A DNA stretch of 64,000 bases, taken from assembly GCF_009914755.1 (NCBI RefSeq), contig NC_060930.1; one strand, given 5' to 3'. This document shows, in pieces, positions 60,363 through 64,000 of this stretch. Origin of the DNA: the human T2T-CHM13v2.0 reference genome, Homo sapiens. Numbering within the stretch: the first letter of the stretch is position 1; each line of letters starts with the position of its first letter. Position numbers and translations under genes: made by a program. Under the pieces are notes generated by a model. The model saw nothing but the letters and a program-made list of their open reading frames with translations. It searched no databases and was not told the origin of the DNA.

Positions 60363-62398
60363 AACAGAGGTGACCATTTCAGAGGAGCAGAGTGCACCCC
60401 CTGCGCCTGGCCCACTTCTCCCAAGATAGAGAACAATTTGGCATGAGGAAACATTTAGGTCTAAGAGTCTCCTGCTTTGAGAAAATCTATTTTACAAAAA
60501 TACAACCACACAGCACATATACATGGGAGTATCTGATGACTTCACCCAAGAATCCTTCATATTTTAGAAGGATCTGCCGCAAGATTTTTCTAAGTAGCAA
60601 ATATCATTAAATCATTTATTTAAAATAACATATAATTTATAAATAAATGTTACAAAAGCAATTCCAACATCATAAATTCAGGCATGGCTCTCCAGATTTT
60701 GGAGGTACCTTCACTTTTGAACCATATTTCTTTGTAATTTTATACAAAACTATGAAAAAATAACTCCCATGGGAGTCACACATAGCCTTATAAAGATTCT
60801 CAAATGTCGGTTCTGGATAAGTACTTTGGCTCTAATCTGTTATATTTCTCTTCCACTTTCAGCTAGTGTAAAGTTATAAAAGTTTACTCTAAAAACTAAA
60901 GTAGTTAATAGAGAAAATTTCAAGGAACTTTCATAAGGAACGGCATACATATCTCTACAATAAACCCCTTAATGAATAACGTTATCAGAGTTATTTAGGC
61001 TAAAATTAATTAACCTAAATTTTCAAATTGAATCCCAAAAGCTGTGGATGCTGCCTTTCGTGTTGGCATGCAAAATTAAGCCTGCATCTGTTTCCATTCA
61101 AAAGTTCCATCAATGGGCACTTTCAATTGGCTTGCTCCATAAGTAATTCAGAAGGTGGAACAGCAAAAAGATAAGAGGGTTCATTAAGTGATTAAAGTCA
61201 CTGGAATTGATAATTTTTTTATATCAAAAGATTTCACAAAGAAAATGCGACTGTAGGGAAGTTTGGATTAATTTTTTTTTTTTAACCTTGGGGGAAAGGG
61301 AGAGAGTACAATTAAATTAAGGGAGGTTCACGAATAGTGTGGAAAGTCAAGATTCTAATTTACATGAAGCTCTTCAGGGCCTCATAGGGGTCATAATAAA
61401 CATGATTTGGGGGATAATCATTTGACTTGAGTTGACCAGAATTAACTTGCTAGAATAAAGGGAGACTGAGGCTTTCCCAGCTTCCGCTTGGGTGGGGAGC
61501 TTGTACCATTATTTGAATGAGTTATGCATAGCCTGAGAGTGCTTTTTGAATTTGACAAAAGGCATCTTCACACAAGTGCCCACCCAGTCAACTTTTCCAT
61601 GCTTCCAAAGTCTTATAATCACTAGTGAAAGAGAACGCTTCTGCACCAGCACTGCAAGGGATGAGGACAGCACGTGTTCAGGGGAGAGAAGTAGTCAGTG
61701 GCTCCTGCACCAAGAGGCAAAGGACAAACATGCACCTCAGCATCTCAATCTTCACCAAACCATGAGAAAATTCTCAGTGCCTCAGAGCTTCCACTTTCTT
61801 TTCTTAAAGAAGGCTATCGCTTTACAGATATTTCCTAATGTATTTCTAGGAACCCTTCAGGGGGGTCTATGAGTCATGCATCAGACCTGTCTTTTGCACA
61901 CATCTGTGGTTGGCCAAGTCAGGGCTCTGCTGCCTTAGAATGCAAGAGTTTCCCAAGGAACCTGGGCTGCACTAGAATTCTTCCCTCACTGCCTGAGGCA
62001 TTGTCATGACCTTTGAGTAAGTGAAGAGAGACTAGAACGTTATTACCTCTGTATGCGATGAACCTCACCTCATAATACACTCCATGGCTGGCCATGGTGA
62101 GTCAGAACACCACTGCAGCTTGGCGCTAGTGAGCTTAATGATACAGGTCCATATCACTACTTTTGTAAAATAAGAAGTACATTTCCTCCATTGCAATTAG
62201 GAATTAGGATAAGGGAACCAGAAAACACTGGTTTGGGGGCTCAAGCTCCCAAACTTTACGAAAACTTACTAATAAAATAATTTTGTCCATAGGGTGTAAA
62301 ATGCTGTTAGAATGGCTGATCCAGAAAAATTTTATTTTTCAGTTGCGACACTGTACCTACTACTATCACTTTCCTCCATTTGGAGAGGGATGGGATGA

Positions 62399-62418
62399 GA
62401 TATATATATATATATATA
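62399..62418. repeat. (AT)n microsatellite
   Basis: About ten TA units. Confidence 0.9.
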
Positions 62419-62605
62419 TTTTTTCCATATTTCCATCCCTGGGGATAAACTCAGTAGGCTAGAGTATAGAAATAATATTCAATATTTACATTGATATACA
62501 TTTTTAAAAAATAATGTCAACCACACAGAAATTATATGAAAGGAGTTTGGGCAGAGAAGTGACACAATAGACACAATTTGATTCAGGCTTTGTTTTTAGT
62601 CCAGC

Positions 62606-62917
62606 CCTGCAGTTCCCAAACTGTGCGCTGAGGGCGCCCTGGTGCTGCGGTGATTCATATGGGCACTGCAGGATGGACTACATTTTAGAGGAAAACATAG
62701 TGACATTTGTCAAATACCACATGAGCTATTATTACCACGACTTTTCTTGGACATAAATCAACTTAATAAGCAGGCTTGGACCTAAACTCAATTAATAAAT
62801 GGAACTATTAGGTTTAGGGTGTTTTTGTTTTTGTTTTGTTTTGCTTTAGCTAGATGCACTTTGAAAAAGAGCTAAGACATTAAAGATGCTGTGAATGGAG
62901 TAAGTTTGGGAACCCAT
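62606..62917 (+). mobile_element. hAT-Charlie element (Charlie4-like)
   Basis: Terminal inverted repeats GTTCCCAAACT ... AGTTTGGGAAC; GC-rich subterminal TGTGCGCTGAGGGCGCCCTGG. Confidence 0.65.
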
Positions 62918-63078
62918 GGTCTAGCCAAGTGATGATGGCTGGCATTCCTGTGCTCAATCTCTGGCAAGAAAAACAAATATGGCCAAGTCCTATTGCTTGG
63001 AATGGTTTGGAAATAACATAATACTTTCGCAAAAACTAGTTTTCCTAAAATATGGGAAATTTTGACTTACTTGCATAT

Positions 63079-63462
63079 TGATATGGTTAGGCTTTGTATC
63101 TCCACCCAAATCTCATCTTGAACTGTAATTCTCATAATCCCCATAATCCCCATGAGTCAAGGGAGAGACCAGGTGGAGATAATTGAATCATGGGGGTAGT
63201 TTCCCCCATGCTGTTCTCATCATAGTGAATTCTCACGAGATCTGATGGTTTTATAAGGGACTCTTCTCCATTTGCTGGGCACTTCTCCTTCCTGACGCCT
63301 TGTGAAGAAGGTACCTTGCTTCCCCTTCGCCTTCTGCCATGATTATAAGTTTCCTGAGGCCTCCCCAGCCATGCTGAACTGTGAGTCAATTAAACCTCCT
63401 TCCTTTATAAATTACCCACACTCCAGCAGTTCTTTATAGCAGTATGAAAGCAGACTAATACA
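63079..63462 (+). mobile_element. THE1D solo LTR
   Basis: TGATATGGTTAGGCTTTG...GACTAATACA; 5-bp TSD CATAT/CATAC. Confidence 0.92.
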
Positions 63463-63782
63463 CATACTTACATTGTAAAAGTAGTTTAATATAGATGAAA
63501 AATACAGTCAACTAGCACTTCTTCCTTGTTTTCTTATTCAATAAGTTAGGACTTAGAAAAAGTTTCGAGTTCACAGATTGCCTAAATATCTTCTTCACTC
63601 ATCATTCAAAAACTGGTGGCTCGTGAAAATGGTAGTATGAACGAGACATGCCCACCCGTGAAAAATCATGTTTCTTCGTATGATAGGTCATGGTAGGAAA
63701 CTAATCCTAAGCAGGAAGACATGTTCCTGGATATATAATACAGGCTTCTCAGAACCATTCACATGAAATTTGACCCTAAAGC

Positions 63783-63853
63783 AGCAGTCCTCAACCTTTT
63801 TGGCACAGAGATTGGTTTTGTGAAAGACAATTCTATGAACCAGGGTGGTTGGG
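63783..63853 (+). mobile_element. MER1 (A/B) 5' fragment
   Basis: CAGCAGTCCTCAACCTTTTTGGCAC...GGTTTTGTGAAAGACAAT. Confidence 0.75.
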
Positions 63854-64000
63854 TGTGTTAGCCTATTTTCACACTGCTGATAAAGAGATAACTGAAACTG
63901 GGAAGAAAAAGAGGTTTATTAATTGGACTTACAGTTCCACATGACTGAGGAGGCCTCAGAATCATGGCAGGAGGTGAAAGGCACTTCTTACATGACATGA
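63854..64000 (-). mobile_element. THE1C-like LTR (runs off window end)
   Basis: TTTTCACACTGCTGATAAAGA...TTGGACTTACAGTTCCACATG...GGCCTCAGAATCATGGCAGGAGGTGAAAGGCACTTCTTACATG. Confidence 0.88.

Noticed and set aside
59753-60446. Longest ORFs in the track (206 aa and 139 aa, His/Thr-rich)
   Set aside because: They are translations of the CA simple repeat, which lacks stop codons by composition.
61639-61674. REST/RE1 half-sites TTCTGCACC and GGACAGCAC
   Set aside because: The 17-nt gap is far from the canonical 2-nt spacing and the left half is mismatched.

Overview
AT-rich primate (human-like) genomic DNA. I found no recognisable protein-coding exon, so the window is intergenic or deep intronic; I cannot name the locus. 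A large share of it is interspersed repeats: 17 Alus (J, S and young Y types), seven L1PA insertions, older L1M/L2/MIR/L3 copies, LTRs (LTR9, MLT1, THE1, LTR33-like) and DNA transposons (MER3, MER5A, MER47B, MER58B, MER1, Charlie). It also holds a 3'-truncated, tailless 5S rRNA retropseudogene. The listed ORFs are repeat-derived or look like chance ORFs. I see no new multi-gene system. The best observations are fossils of atypical retrotransposition: an L1PA7 bracketed by a 96-bp duplication, an L1PA15 with a 66-bp copy of ORF2 inserted in its own 3' UTR, three 5'-inverted (twin-primed) L1s, and two Alus without target-site duplications (TSDs). There are also several perfect hairpins and two repeat-free, motif-dense candidate enhancers (about 22.6-24.1 kb and 54.6-55.4 kb). 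Repeat subfamily calls come from remembered consensus sequences and need confirmation with RepeatMasker/Dfam.
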